From an uncultured Christensenellaceae bacterium (GTDB taxonomy: Bacteria; Bacillota; Clostridia; Christensenellales; UMGS416), in the NCBI GenBank assembly GCA_944376795.1, contig CALWDW010000015.1, positions 2,127-66,126 on the forward strand: DNA of 64,000 nucleotides. The letters run 5' to 3'. The notes beneath the pieces were generated by a model. It was given only the letters and a program-made list of their open reading frames with translations. It did not search any database and had not been told where the DNA came from. This document shows positions 16,725 to 26,695 of this stretch, one piece after another. Every line of letters begins with the position of its first letter. Positions within the stretch are counted from its first letter, which is position 1. A program made the position numbers and the translations under genes.

Positions 16725-18608
16725 ATGGCTGTAGATTTTTTGCCCATCACTTTAGAAGACATGCGGGCGCGAAACTGGGACAGGCCGGACTTCGTATTTG
16801 TCACGGGAGACGCCTACGTGGATCATCCCTCTTTTGCTCACGCCATACTCAGCCGCGTACTGGAAAAGGAGGGCTTTCGCATTGCCATCCTGTCCCAGCC
16901 CGCCTGGCGCACGGCAGAAGACTTCACCCGTTTTGGCCGGCCCCGGTATGGGTTTTTGGTCTCGGCGGGGAATATCGACTCCATGGTCTGTCACTATACC
17001 GCCGCGAAAAAGAGACGCCATGACGATTACTATTCCCCCGGAGGCAAGGCAGGCTTCCGTCCCGACCGAGCTACCATCGTCTACTGCAACCGCATCCGGG
17101 AGGCCTACGGCCGGGACGTCCCCATTCTCATCGGCGGCTTGGAGGCCAGCCTGCGCCGGTTTGCCCATTACGATTACTGGGACAACGCCGTCCGTTCCAG
17201 CATTCTGGCCGACAGCGGCGCCGACCTGCTGCTTTACGGCATGGGCGAGCGGGTCATCACCCGGGTCTGTAACCGTCTGCGCGATGGAGAGCCCATTGAC
17301 CGTATCACTGACGAGCCGGGCACCTGCTACCTAACCTCCCGCCTAGAAAGCATTCCCCAGCACCTGCTCCTTCCCAGCCTGGAAGCCGTAAAAGCCGACA
17401 AAAAGGCCTATGCCCAAGCCTTTGCCCTGCAGTATCGGGAGCAGGATCCCATCCGCGGACGAAGGCTGGTGCAGATGCATGGGCCCCGGGCCCTGGTCCA
17501 AAACCCTCCCGCCATGCCCCTCTCCCGGGAGGAGCTGGACGCGGTCTATGATCTACCTTATGTCCGGGACTACCATCCGGTGTATCGCCCGGCCGGCGGG
17601 ATCCCGGCCATTGAAGAGGTCAAGTTTTCCATCACCTCCACCCGCGGCTGTTTCGGCGAGTGCGCTTTTTGCGCCCTGACCTTCCACCAGGGGCGCATCG
17701 TCACCTCCCGGAGCCATCGTTCCATCCTCCGAGAGGCCGAGCTTCTCACCAGGCTCCCCGGGTTCAAGGGCTATATCCACGACGTGGGCGGCCCCACGGC
17801 CAACTTCCGCCGCGCCGCCTGCGACCGGCAGCTGAAGGAGGGCGCCTGCCGGAACCGTTCGTGCCTCAGTCCCACCCCCTGCAGGAACCTGGTGGTGGAT
17901 CACAAGGAATTCCTATCGCTGCTGCGGAAGCTCCGGGCTGTGCCTGGGGTGAAGAAGGTCTTCATCCGCTCCGGTCTCCGCTACGACTACATCATGCTGG
18001 ACCGGGACGACGCCTTCCTCACGGAGCTGTGCCGCTATCACGTCAGCGGGCAGCTCAAGGTCGCGCCCGAGCATATGGCCCCGCAGGTACTGCAGGCCAT
18101 GAACAAGCCCGGGAACGGCTCCTACCGCGCCTTTGTGGAGCGGTTCACCCGCATCAACCAGAAGCTGGGCCTGAAGCAGTACATCGTCCCCTACTTTATG
18201 TCCAGTCATCCCGGATGCCGGGTGGAGGACGCCATCACCTTGGCCGAGTATCTCCACGAAATTGGGCACATTCCCGAACAGGTGCAGGATTTCTACCCCA
18301 CCCCGGGCACCCTCTCCACCTGCATGTTCTATACGGGGATCCATCCCTTGACCATGGAACCCCTGCACATCCCCCGGGACCCTGAGGAAAAGGCCACCCA
18401 ACGCGCCCTGCTTCAGTACAACCGTCCCGCCAACCACGCCCGTGTGCTGGCCGCCCTTCGGCGCTACGGCCGTGAGGACCTCATCGGCTTCGGAAAGCGT
18501 TACCTGGTGCCGCCGCGGCCCTATGGAGCCGCCAAGAGCCAAGAGCGGTCCCACCCCGTCTCCTGGATGGGGAAGCGTCCCCCAACCGGCAAAAAGCGCC
18601 GGTCTTAA
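16725..18608 (+). CDS. YgiQ family radical SAM protein (UPF0313)
   Basis: The start is trimmed to the ATG at 16725, after GGAGG. The N-terminus [33 protein letters not shown] is typical of YgiQ, and the radical-SAM cysteine cluster is [12 protein letters not shown]. Confidence 0.9.
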   Translation: MAVDFLPITLEDMRARNWDRPDFVFVTGDAYVDHPSFAHAILSRVLEKEGFRIAILSQPAWRTAEDFTRFGRPRYGFLVSAGNIDSMVCHYTAAKKRRHDDYYSPGGKAGFRPDRATIVYCNRIREAYGRDVPILIGGLEASLRRFAHYDYWDNAVRSSILADSGADLLLYGMGERVITRVCNRLRDGEPIDRITDEPGTCYLTSRLESIPQHLLLPSLEAVKADKKAYAQAFALQYREQDPIRGRRLVQMHGPRALVQNPPAMPLSREELDAVYDLPYVRDYHPVYRPAGGIPAIEEVKFSITSTRGCFGECAFCALTFHQGRIVTSRSHRSILREAELLTRLPGFKGYIHDVGGPTANFRRAACDRQLKEGACRNRSCLSPTPCRNLVVDHKEFLSLLRKLRAVPGVKKVFIRSGLRYDYIMLDRDDAFLTELCRYHVSGQLKVAPEHMAPQVLQAMNKPGNGSYRAFVERFTRINQKLGLKQYIVPYFMSSHPGCRVEDAITLAEYLHEIGHIPEQVQDFYPTPGTLSTCMFYTGIHPLTMEPLHIPRDPEEKATQRALLQYNRPANHARVLAALRRYGREDLIGFGKRYLVPPRPYGAAKSQERSHPVSWMGKRPPTGKKRRS

Positions 18609-18628
18609 TCCCGGCAAACAGCGCACAA

Positions 18629-18670
18629 AGTCCGGCGTCCCTTCGAAAAGGAAAGGACGCCGGACTCTTT
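18629..18670. terminator. Terminator hairpin between ygiQ and the GNAT gene
   Basis: A perfect 12-bp stem, AGTCCGGCGTCC (18629-18640) with GGACGCCGGACT (18655-18666), then CTTT. Confidence 0.55.
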
Positions 18671-18741
18671 CACGCCGGGCCTTCTCCCCCCTTCGCACAA
18701 CCCCCAGGGGAGATCCGGCGGAGGACAGCCCGCAAAGCCCG

Positions 18742-19575
18742 TCAGCACTCCAGCACCCAAACCGGCTCTGCCACGGTAAAGCCCAGCCGCCGGTAAAGGG
18801 AAAGCGCAGCCTGGTTGTCACAGTGGACAGTCAGCGTGGGGACGCGGTCATTCTCCCAGATATAGCGGCACATTTCCGCCACTACCTTGGAGGCATAGCC
18901 CCGTCCCTGATACTCCCGCAGGGTGGCCACGCCGCCGATATGGGCGTATCGCGCCCCCCAGGCCTGGATATGGCACTGGGTCACCATGCGGGCTCCTTCC
19001 ATGCCCACCAGGTAGATCTCGCTGGGACTGCGTTCCCGGGTGCGCTTGCTCATAATTTCGGGAGGGGTTTTGTGTCCGAAGCACTCCCACAATACCCGCT
19101 GGACAAAGGCTGACACCTGCGGATCGTCCGGGCAAAGCCGGACGTCGCGGTAGGTCAGAGGCTCCTCCGCCGGAACGGCGCAGGGTGCCGGCTGCGTCAT
19201 GAGGAAATGCGGCTGGCAGATGTAACGGATCTGAGGCAGCTCCTCCATCAGCTGGCAGGTCTGCCTGCGGCTCATCCCAAACCCCCAAAGCGTGTGGAAA
19301 TTCCACTGCCCCACCACCCGGGTGAAGGCGTCCACCGCCTGCTGCGCCTGGGTATAGACCATCATGTTCCCGTCATTAAAGAGGGCAAGTACCCCGTCCG
19401 CCGGCCCTTCCGGCTCCTGGGTATGGAGGTAATAGCGTCCGGCCCGCAGACGGGATCCATCGTATCCAAAGCCTACCGCCAAAGCGTTGCCCAAAATGGG
19501 CAAACAGCTGATCTCATGCTCCAGCATATATTCCCTGCATGCGCGGCGGCGGCGCCAAGCAACCCGATGCACCAT
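18742..19575 (-). CDS. GNAT family N-acetyltransferase
   Basis: 277 aa. The C-terminal acetyltransferase motif is VATLREYQGRGYASKVVAEMC. The start abuts the murI stop, so the two appear operonic. Confidence 0.7.
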   Translation of the reverse strand: MVHRVAWRRRRACREYMLEHEISCLPILGNALAVGFGYDGSRLRAGRYYLHTQEPEGPADGVLALFNDGNMMVYTQAQQAVDAFTRVVGQWNFHTLWGFGMSRRQTCQLMEELPQIRYICQPHFLMTQPAPCAVPAEEPLTYRDVRLCPDDPQVSAFVQRVLWECFGHKTPPEIMSKRTRERSPSEIYLVGMEGARMVTQCHIQAWGARYAHIGGVATLREYQGRGYASKVVAEMCRYIWENDRVPTLTVHCDNQAALSLYRRLGFTVAEPVWVLEC

Positions 19576-19577
19576 GG

Positions 19578-20390
19578 CTATGTCCCCGTCCGCGCCAAGT
19601 CCAGGAAACGGCGCAGCAGCGCCTCATCCTGGGCGTTCTCCCGGCTGGGCAGGATCCGCACCCGTCCCTCGGGAAAAGACAGCGGCTCCCGCGCCAGAAG
19701 GTCGGCCGCCGCCAGCTGACGCTCCAGTTGCCGGATGGTTCCCGCGTTTCCATCGTAGAGAGCCACTTGCTCCCCCAGCACCGCGCGGATATCCGCCTTC
19801 AAAAAGGTATAGTGGGTGCAGCCCAATACCACCGCGCCGATCTCCTCCCGATCCATGGGGTCAAAGAGCTCATGCAGGTAGCTCCGCACCGCCGGGCTGC
19901 CCGGCCCCTCCCGCTCCACCATGAGGGAAAGCCCCGGGCAGGGCGCCTCCAGCACCTGCTCCCGGCAGTCGGCATATCGGTCCAGCAGTCTTTGGAATTT
20001 GTCCAGCCGCAGGGTCGCAGGAGTAGCCATGACCACAATCTTTCTCCGGGGCTGACCGTGCTCGATAGCCGGCTTCAGCGCGGGTTCCATCCCGATAACC
20101 GGGAAGGGGAACCGCTCCCGCAGTTCCTCAATGGCCGCGCTGGTGGCGGTATTACAGGCCACCACCAGCGCCTTGATCCCCTGGCCGGCCAAGCGCTGGG
20201 CGGCATTGCCCGCCAAGGCGGCGATTTCCTGCCGGCTTCGCCCGCCATACGGGGCGTGGGCCAAATCCCCCAGAAAGCAGAAGCGCTCCCTGGGCAGCCG
20301 CGCCAATGCCTCCGCCAGTACGCCAATCCCTCCCACGCCCGAGTCCAGCACCCCAATGGGCGCCTGCCACGCGGTGTCCTTGTCCAACAT
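19578..20390 (-). CDS. murI: Glutamate racemase
   Basis: 270 aa. Motifs are IGVLDSGVGG, VVACNTATS (catalytic Cys) and LGCTHY (second catalytic Cys). Confidence 0.92.
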   Translation of the reverse strand: MLDKDTAWQAPIGVLDSGVGGIGVLAEALARLPRERFCFLGDLAHAPYGGRSRQEIAALAGNAAQRLAGQGIKALVVACNTATSAAIEELRERFPFPVIGMEPALKPAIEHGQPRRKIVVMATPATLRLDKFQRLLDRYADCREQVLEAPCPGLSLMVEREGPGSPAVRSYLHELFDPMDREEIGAVVLGCTHYTFLKADIRAVLGEQVALYDGNAGTIRQLERQLAAADLLAREPLSFPEGRVRILPSRENAQDEALLRRFLDLARTGT

Positions 20391-20482
20391 GCTGCCAACC
20401 GTCCTTCGTATCCGCGTTCCCGCGGTCTATTCCGGACTTATATTCTACAGCCGGGAAACGGTTCCTGCTTGACGGCCGTTCC

Positions 20483-21481
20483 TTACTCCATTCCCATCTC
20501 CGTCACCTGCTGGATGGCGTCTGCCAGGTACGGTACGGTGTGTAGGGCCTGGGAAAGAGTATTGGCGTTGTGACCCATCTCTACTAGGATATTCCAGTCC
20601 CCAATATGCTGGTTATACCGCCCGGTCTTCAAGGAAATCCCCCGCACCAGCTGGGGATCCACGGTACCCAGCTGCTCCAGCAGGCTCTGGGCCAGGGCGT
20701 AATTTTTCTCGTAGTCCGGTCGTACCGAGAATTGATTTCCTTCCGTTCCCTCCCCGCTGCCTATAACAAAGAGAATGCGCGCCAGCTCTTCGCCATCCAC
20801 CGTGACGCAGGCAGGATCGATCCCCGTATTGTAGGCATCCCGGTGGAGATCCAGGAAGAGCAGCGGCTCCGTATGCGCAGCGGCGATGGCTTCAATGGTC
20901 TCCAGCGAACGCACATAGGCTGTCCCCAGCTTAGGCGGCTCGTGGTCGGTGGTATCATGGATGACAGTAAAGCCTTTTTCCTCCAGCGCCTGGGCCAGAG
21001 CCTCTCCCACGGCCATAATGTTGTAGGCGGGATCCGCGGTGCGCTGCTCGCCGGTGGGCACGTAGCTTTGCCCCTCTTCCAAGGTATAGGCCTCATGGGA
21101 ATGGGTATGGTAGATGACAATGGTGGGCCGCTGGCCTTCGGTGGTAAATTCCGGTAGGGATTCCACCTCAATGCGAATATCGGACTCCGGATCTTCCTCC
21201 TCCCCGCCCCATTCTTGGGCCGTAACGATGATGGCATCCTGCGGCGGCTCGGCGTTTTCTCCCTCTTCCACTCCATACAGCCAGTGTTCCAAGGTGCCGG
21301 CAGGATCTTCCGGCACAATTCCTGTCAGCTTTTCCTCCAGCCACGACAGCAGGCTGGTATCCTGGCGGGCATGGCTCTCCCCCAGCAGGCGCGCTCCGGT
21401 CAGCACCGCCGCCCAGACTGCGAGGAAAAGAAGGGCCCCCAGCAGGCCCTTGATGGGAAACTTTCCGCGGCGCGGTTCCAT
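20483..21481 (-). CDS. spoIIP: Stage II sporulation protein P
   Basis: 332 aa. It has an N-terminal membrane anchor and the SpoIIP motifs IVIYHTHSHEAY and FLDLHRD. It lies directly downstream of gpr, as in Bacillus and Clostridium. Confidence 0.85.
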   Translation of the reverse strand: MEPRRGKFPIKGLLGALLFLAVWAAVLTGARLLGESHARQDTSLLSWLEEKLTGIVPEDPAGTLEHWLYGVEEGENAEPPQDAIIVTAQEWGGEEEDPESDIRIEVESLPEFTTEGQRPTIVIYHTHSHEAYTLEEGQSYVPTGEQRTADPAYNIMAVGEALAQALEEKGFTVIHDTTDHEPPKLGTAYVRSLETIEAIAAAHTEPLLFLDLHRDAYNTGIDPACVTVDGEELARILFVIGSGEGTEGNQFSVRPDYEKNYALAQSLLEQLGTVDPQLVRGISLKTGRYNQHIGDWNILVEMGHNANTLSQALHTVPYLADAIQQVTEMGME

Positions 21482-21528
21482 GGCTCGTCCTCCCTTCCTC
21501 CCTTCATGGATATGCGCGTTCCCGCGGC

Positions 21529-22476
21529 TTAATGCATAAAGTCCTGGATTTCTTCCACCGAAAGTCCGTCATGGGCCCAAAGGTTGATGCCCAGCGACAA
21601 GACCGCCGCCGCCCGGCGCACCATCTGGTCCACATCCTTGGGCGTCACCACCAGGCTGTTCAGCGGCGGCGGCAGAATATGGGAGACCACCTGGTCCATT
21701 TCCTCCTCACTCTTGCCCGAGGGAGCGTCGTGGGCCCGGTCCATGGCCAGCATGGCGTCCCGCACAATGGTCATAGCGTAGACCACCGTAGGTACGCCCA
21801 GAGCCAGCACCGGCGCGCCCAAGGTTTTCCGATTCAGCTCCATCCGACGGTTCCCCACCCCGGCCCCCGGACGGATCCCCGTATCGGTCAGCTGAAAGGT
21901 ATTGCCGATACGATGGGTGTTGCGGGAGGCCAGGGCATCCACCGCCACCACGCAGGCGGGCTTGACCCGGTCCATCACGCCCCGGATCACTTCCGCCGTC
22001 TCCAGACCTGTGACGCCCAGCACGCCGGGAGCCAGGGCGCACAGGGACCGCACCCGGGCATCCACCCCTTCGGGCATCACCGAAAGGATATGCCGGGAAA
22101 CCATGACCCCGTCCACGGTCATGGGACCTAAGGCATCCGGCGTAATACTTCGGTTTCCCAGGCCGATCACCAGAACCGGCGCAGTCCTGCTGGGCGGGGG
22201 CATCAGCGCCCGGAGCTCCCGGGCCAGAAGGCTGGACACCCGTTCCTGCCCCTCTCTTCCCTCCTGGGAGAGGTCCTCAGCCTCCAGCGTCACGTAACAG
22301 CCCTGAGCCTTTCCCAGCCGCTGGGCCGCCTCCTGGGATACGATGCGGATACGGGTGACGGCACAGCCGTCCTCCCTCCGGTTCTCTTCCTCCACCCCAG
22401 GCAGGGAAGGACGCCGGCCTTCTCGGAAAAAGCTATGGGCCTCCAGAGCCAAATCGGTATAGACGCAGTGATCCAT
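21529..22476 (-). CDS. gpr: GPR endopeptidase (spore germination protease)
   Basis: 315 aa. It follows the B. subtilis Gpr pattern along its length: TDLALEA, YVTLEA, VIGLGNRSITPDALGP, APGVLGVTGLET, AVDALASR, TDTGIRPGAGVGN and LGVPTVV. Confidence 0.9.
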   Translation of the reverse strand: MDHCVYTDLALEAHSFFREGRRPSLPGVEEENRREDGCAVTRIRIVSQEAAQRLGKAQGCYVTLEAEDLSQEGREGQERVSSLLARELRALMPPPSRTAPVLVIGLGNRSITPDALGPMTVDGVMVSRHILSVMPEGVDARVRSLCALAPGVLGVTGLETAEVIRGVMDRVKPACVVAVDALASRNTHRIGNTFQLTDTGIRPGAGVGNRRMELNRKTLGAPVLALGVPTVVYAMTIVRDAMLAMDRAHDAPSGKSEEEMDQVVSHILPPPLNSLVVTPKDVDQMVRRAAAVLSLGINLWAHDGLSVEEIQDFMH

Positions 22477-22583
22477 AAAAAAACGCCTCCATCGGTTTCT
22501 GCCCTTTAGGCTGATCCGATGGAGGAAGACTTATGCGTCCGCGCCGCCCCGCGGCCAAGGAAGCTTTTGAGGAGGCGTTCCCG

Positions 22584-23765
22584 CTACCGCCCTTCGTGGA
22601 AGACCTGCAGGATGGCGCACTTGAGATACTGCGTCTCCGGGGACGCAGGAAGGATGGGATGATCCTTCCCCTGGGTACGGAACTCAACCTGCCGGAGAAT
22701 GCAGTGGGCGTCCCGGGCTGCCTGTCCAATCACCTTTTGGAACGCCTCCGGCCCCACGTGATGGGAGCAGGAGCAGCTGACCAGATAGCCGCCGTCTTCC
22801 AGGAGCTTCATGGCCCGGAGATTGATCTCCTTATATCCCCGCAGGGCGCCGGGCACCGCCGCCCGGGACTTGGTGAAGGCAGGCGGGTCCAGAATGATGG
22901 CGCCGTAGCGTTCGCCGCGCTCCCCGGCCTCCCGCAGGAAATCAAAGCAGTTGGCCTCCAGAAAACGCACCCGGTCCTCCAGGCCGTTCATGCGGGCATG
23001 CTCCTGGGCCATGGCCACGGCCTCGGCGGAGATGTCCACGCCGGTAACCTCTTGGGCGCCATACATGCCGGCGTGCAGGGCAAAGGCCCCTACATGGGAG
23101 AAGCAGTCCAGCACCCGCCGGTCCTTGACGAAGGGAGCAATGGCGGCGCGGTTCTCCTTCTGGTCCAGAAAGTAACCGGTTTTCTGTCCATTCTTTACGT
23201 CCACCGACAGGGACAGTCCGTTTTCCCGGAAGGAGACCCGGTCAGGCACCTCGCCATAGAGCAGACCCGTGCGCTGGGGCAGCCCCTCCAGCCGGCGGAC
23301 CGGAACGTCGCTGCGCTCATAAATGCCCGTGGGATGCAGGGCGTCCACCAGGGCGCGCACCACGTCCTCCCGGAACCGGTCCATGCCCAGGGACAGGAAC
23401 TGAACCACCAGCACGCTGCCAAAGGCGTCCACAATCAGCGCCGGCAGGAAATCCGACTCGGCGAAAACCATCCGGCAGGAATGCATATCGGCAAACCCGC
23501 GCCGGTACTCCACCGCCCGGGCGATCCGCGCCGCGATGAAGGCGCCGTCCACCGGCTCGTCCCGATAGGTCATGACCCGCAGCGCGATCATGGAGGCGGG
23601 ATTGTAGTAGGCCTTGGCCAGGAAGCGGCCCCGGCCGGAGACCACATCCACCACATCGCCGGGAGCAAACGCCCCTTCCACCCGGTCAATTTCGGTACGA
23701 TAGATCCACGGATGCCCCAAGGCCGTCTTTTTTTCTTTTCCGGGGAGCAATACCACCTGCGCCAT
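22584..23765 (-). CDS. Class I SAM-dependent rRNA methyltransferase (PUA domain, RlmI/YwbD-like)
   Basis: The start is trimmed to the ATG at 23765, after GGAGGAGG. The N-terminal PUA-like region is GHPWIYRTEI and the SAM motif is VLDCFSHVGAFAL...DPPAF. Confidence 0.85.
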   Translation of the reverse strand: MAQVVLLPGKEKKTALGHPWIYRTEIDRVEGAFAPGDVVDVVSGRGRFLAKAYYNPASMIALRVMTYRDEPVDGAFIAARIARAVEYRRGFADMHSCRMVFAESDFLPALIVDAFGSVLVVQFLSLGMDRFREDVVRALVDALHPTGIYERSDVPVRRLEGLPQRTGLLYGEVPDRVSFRENGLSLSVDVKNGQKTGYFLDQKENRAAIAPFVKDRRVLDCFSHVGAFALHAGMYGAQEVTGVDISAEAVAMAQEHARMNGLEDRVRFLEANCFDFLREAGERGERYGAIILDPPAFTKSRAAVPGALRGYKEINLRAMKLLEDGGYLVSCSCSHHVGPEAFQKVIGQAARDAHCILRQVEFRTQGKDHPILPASPETQYLKCAILQVFHEGR

Positions 23766-23864
23766 GTTCGTTCCTCCTCCAGCGTGATGGGATGAGTGTA
23801 CCAGCTTTGGCCCAGCAATGCAAGGCGCGCCGTGGAACAAAACGTGTTTTTTTGGAAATAGGAC

Positions 23865-23893
23865 TTGCAATCCCACTCCATCCATGGTAGAAT
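23865..23893 (+). promoter_or_regulatory. Sigma70-like promoter of rpsT
   Basis: TTGCAA (23865-23870), a 17-nt spacer, then TAGAAT (23888-23893). Confidence 0.45.
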
Positions 23894-23944
23894 TGATCCG
23901 TTCGCGTGGTACGCGAAGTTTGTTTTTGTCAGGAGGTGACAAAC

Positions 23945-24205
23945 TTGCCGAATATCAAGTCTGCCATGAAGCGGGTCGAAATTGGCGAAAAGAACAACCT
24001 GCGCAATCGTTCCATCAAGTCTGGCATCAAGTCGGTGACCAAAAAGCTCGACGCCGCCGTGGACGCTAAGTCGGCCGATGCGGCTGCCATCATGAGGGAA
24101 GCCGCCAGCACCGTCGATAAAGCAGCCTCCAAGGGCGTCATTCATAAGAATGCTGCCAACCGGAAGAAGGCGCAGCTTGCCCGCAAGCTCTCTAAGGCCC
24201 AGTAA
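23945..24205 (+). CDS. rpsT: 30S ribosomal protein S20
   Basis: The TTG start at 23945 lies 7 nt after GGAGGTG. (M)PNIKSAMKRVEIGEKNNLRNRSIKS is the canonical S20 N-terminus. 86 aa. Confidence 0.9.
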   Translation: MPNIKSAMKRVEIGEKNNLRNRSIKSGIKSVTKKLDAAVDAKSADAAAIMREAASTVDKAASKGVIHKNAANRKKAQLARKLSKAQ

Positions 24206-24222
24206 TCATTGGCACAAGAGAT

Positions 24223-24256
24223 CCCCGCAGAGAACTCTCCTCTGCGGGGCTTTTTT
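24223..24256 (+). terminator. Intrinsic terminator of rpsT
   Basis: CCCCGCAGAG (24223-24232), a 7-nt loop, CTCTGCGGGG (24240-24249), then CTTTTTT. Confidence 0.8.
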
Positions 24257-24279
24257 GTCCACAGGAAGGACCCTCCGCC

Positions 24280-25614
24280 ATGTACCATGATCTTACCCAG
24301 GGGAATATCCCCAAAACGCTCATCCGCTTCGCACTGCCCATGATCGCAGGCAACCTGCTGCAGCAGTTCTATAACATCGCCGATACCTTGATCGTGGGCC
24401 AGTACCTGGGCCGGGACGCCCTGGCTGCCGTCGGCTCCGCCTTTACCCTGATGACCTTCCTGACTTCGGTGCTCCTGGGGCTGTCCATGGGCGCCGGAGC
24501 CCTCTTTTCGATCCTCCGGGGAAGGGGGGACACATGGCGGCTGCGCACTGCGGCCGCCCAATCCTTCTGCCTGATCCTGGTCATTACGGCGCTTCTCTAC
24601 GCCGCCGTCTATCTCTGGATCGATCCCATCCTGGCCCTGCTCCAGGTTCCGCCGGAGGTCTACGGACTCATGCGAACCTACCTCTGGGTGGTTTTCGCTG
24701 GCATTGCCGCCACCTTTTTGTATAACTTCTTTGCCTGCGCCCTCCGCGCCATGGGCAATTCCGCCATACCCCTGCTCTTTTTAGGCATTTCTGCCCTGCT
24801 CAATATCGCATTGGACCTGCTCTTCGTCCTGGTCTTCTCCTGGGGCGTAGGCGGCGCGGCCCTGGCCACGGTACTGGCCCAGTACGTAGCGGGAATCGGC
24901 ATTGCGGTATACACATGGATTCGCTGCCGGGAGCTGCGGCCCCATCGGGACAGCCTGCGTTGGGACGGCAGCATCCTGCGGGAGATCGGCAGTCTCTCCC
25001 TCCTGACCTGCGTACAGCAGTCGGTGATGAACTTTGGCATTCTCATGGTACAGGGACTTGTCAATAGCTTTGGCCCCGTAGTGATGGCAGCCTTCGCCGC
25101 CGCCGTAAAGATCGACGCCTTCGCCTACATGCCCGTACAGGACTTTGGCAACGCCTTTTCCACCTTTGCGGCGCAGAACTATGGCGCAGGCCGTCAGGAC
25201 CGCCTGCGGCAAGGGATCCGCAGCGCCCTGCTGACCACCATTGTCTTCTCCGCGGCCGTATCCGCGGCGGTCATCCTGCTGGCCAAACCCCTCATGCTGA
25301 TCTTTGTCCAGCCCCAGGAGACGGCCATCCTGGCCGCCGGCGCGGAATACCTCTGGGTGGTGGGCCCCTTCTACGCGGGAATCGGCTGTCTTTTCCTCCT
25401 CTACGGCCTGTACCGCGCGGTAAAGAGGCCGGGCATGTCGGTGGTACTTACCGTCATCTCCCTGGGAACCCGGGTGGCGCTGGCCTACCTGCTGGCGGGG
25501 CCGGCGGGCCCCATCGGCATTTGGGCCGCCATCCCCATCGGCTGGGTTTTGGCAGACGCCTTCGGCCTCCTCTACTACCGGCGCCATCGCCTATCCCTCC
25601 TGCAGCCCTCCTAA
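24280..25614 (+). CDS. MATE family efflux transporter
   Basis: 444 aa and polytopic. The N-terminus GNIPKTLIRFALPMIAGNLLQQFYNIADTLIVGQYLG is typical of MATE/NorM-like pumps. Confidence 0.9.
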   Translation: MYHDLTQGNIPKTLIRFALPMIAGNLLQQFYNIADTLIVGQYLGRDALAAVGSAFTLMTFLTSVLLGLSMGAGALFSILRGRGDTWRLRTAAAQSFCLILVITALLYAAVYLWIDPILALLQVPPEVYGLMRTYLWVVFAGIAATFLYNFFACALRAMGNSAIPLLFLGISALLNIALDLLFVLVFSWGVGGAALATVLAQYVAGIGIAVYTWIRCRELRPHRDSLRWDGSILREIGSLSLLTCVQQSVMNFGILMVQGLVNSFGPVVMAAFAAAVKIDAFAYMPVQDFGNAFSTFAAQNYGAGRQDRLRQGIRSALLTTIVFSAAVSAAVILLAKPLMLIFVQPQETAILAAGAEYLWVVGPFYAGIGCLFLLYGLYRAVKRPGMSVVLTVISLGTRVALAYLLAGPAGPIGIWAAIPIGWVLADAFGLLYYRRHRLSLLQPS

Positions 25615-25654
25615 GGAAAACGGCCGCTAGCTTGGGAGACAAAGCCCATCCTGC

Positions 25655-26695
25655 CTACCGTCCCGACGCCATACTGGCCAGCCGCTGCACCACGCTGCGC
25701 ACCGCTTCCTCATCCGAAAGCTTGCCCTGCTTGAAGTCCGCGTCCGCCCTGGCGCAAAGGCGGCACAATTCCTTCCACTGATCGGGGGACAGCACGCTGC
25801 GCTGGCGCCGGGCTTTCTCCAGCATGTAGGAGCTCTTCATGCCCAGGGCCTCCGCCGCTTCCTTGGTACCCATCCGAGAAGCCGGCAGCGCCTCCAAATG
25901 CATGCCCGCGCGAATCCGCGTGCCCAGAAGCGCCAAAAGCATTACCGGAGACTCCCCGTCCAAAAGAAGCCGGTTGAAGCCCCTGAGTCCAGCATCCACC
26001 CGCCCGGAAAAGAGCTGATCCAGCATATCGAAGACCTTATACTCCACCGAAGGGATGGCCACCGTCCGAATCACGTCCTGGTCAATCACGCCGTTCTCTC
26101 CCACATACGCCGCCAGCTTCTGCATCTCCGTCCAGACGCTCTGGAGCATACCGTCTCCGTACTCGTGGAGGAACATGGCATCAGAGCGCTCCATAGTAAC
26201 CCCCAGACGATGCGCCATGCGCAGGATCCACGGTGCGGCGTCCTTGGGAGGCAGGGGATCAAAGGACACCACCTGCCCCTCCTTGGCAAGGAATTTCACC
26301 CAGGAGAGGCTGCTCTTCACGGTCCCATGCTGGACGAAGACCAGGCACACGCCATCGTGCAGATGCGCCTTAAGCCGATCCATCTCGGCTTTGGCCGCTT
26401 TTCCCACGGCAGCCTCCTCTTCGCTCTTGCCGGAAAAGCGCGGGTCATCCCAGACCACCACCAGCCGCCGCGGCGCCAGCAGAGGCGCGGTGTCCAGGTG
26501 CCGGCAGAGTTCCTCCATCGATAGCCCCGCCCCCTGGAGTTCTTCGCCGTCCAGCAGTGCGGAAGCTTCCGGAATCAACTGACGGCGGATCTGCTCCACC
26601 GTCTGCTCCACCAAATATCGCTCCGGACCGTAGAACAAATAGAGCCGCCCGATCTCTCCCTTTCCGATCTGCTGCATACAGGTCCTGCTGTCCAT
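25655..26695 (-). CDS. holA: DNA polymerase III subunit delta
   Basis: 346 aa. The N-terminus is LYLFYGPERYLVEQ and overall length fits. It sits directly downstream of comEC, the conserved comEC-holA order, with stop and start abutting. Confidence 0.88.
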   Translation of the reverse strand: MDSRTCMQQIGKGEIGRLYLFYGPERYLVEQTVEQIRRQLIPEASALLDGEELQGAGLSMEELCRHLDTAPLLAPRRLVVVWDDPRFSGKSEEEAAVGKAAKAEMDRLKAHLHDGVCLVFVQHGTVKSSLSWVKFLAKEGQVVSFDPLPPKDAAPWILRMAHRLGVTMERSDAMFLHEYGDGMLQSVWTEMQKLAAYVGENGVIDQDVIRTVAIPSVEYKVFDMLDQLFSGRVDAGLRGFNRLLLDGESPVMLLALLGTRIRAGMHLEALPASRMGTKEAAEALGMKSSYMLEKARRQRSVLSPDQWKELCRLCARADADFKQGKLSDEEAVRSVVQRLASMASGR

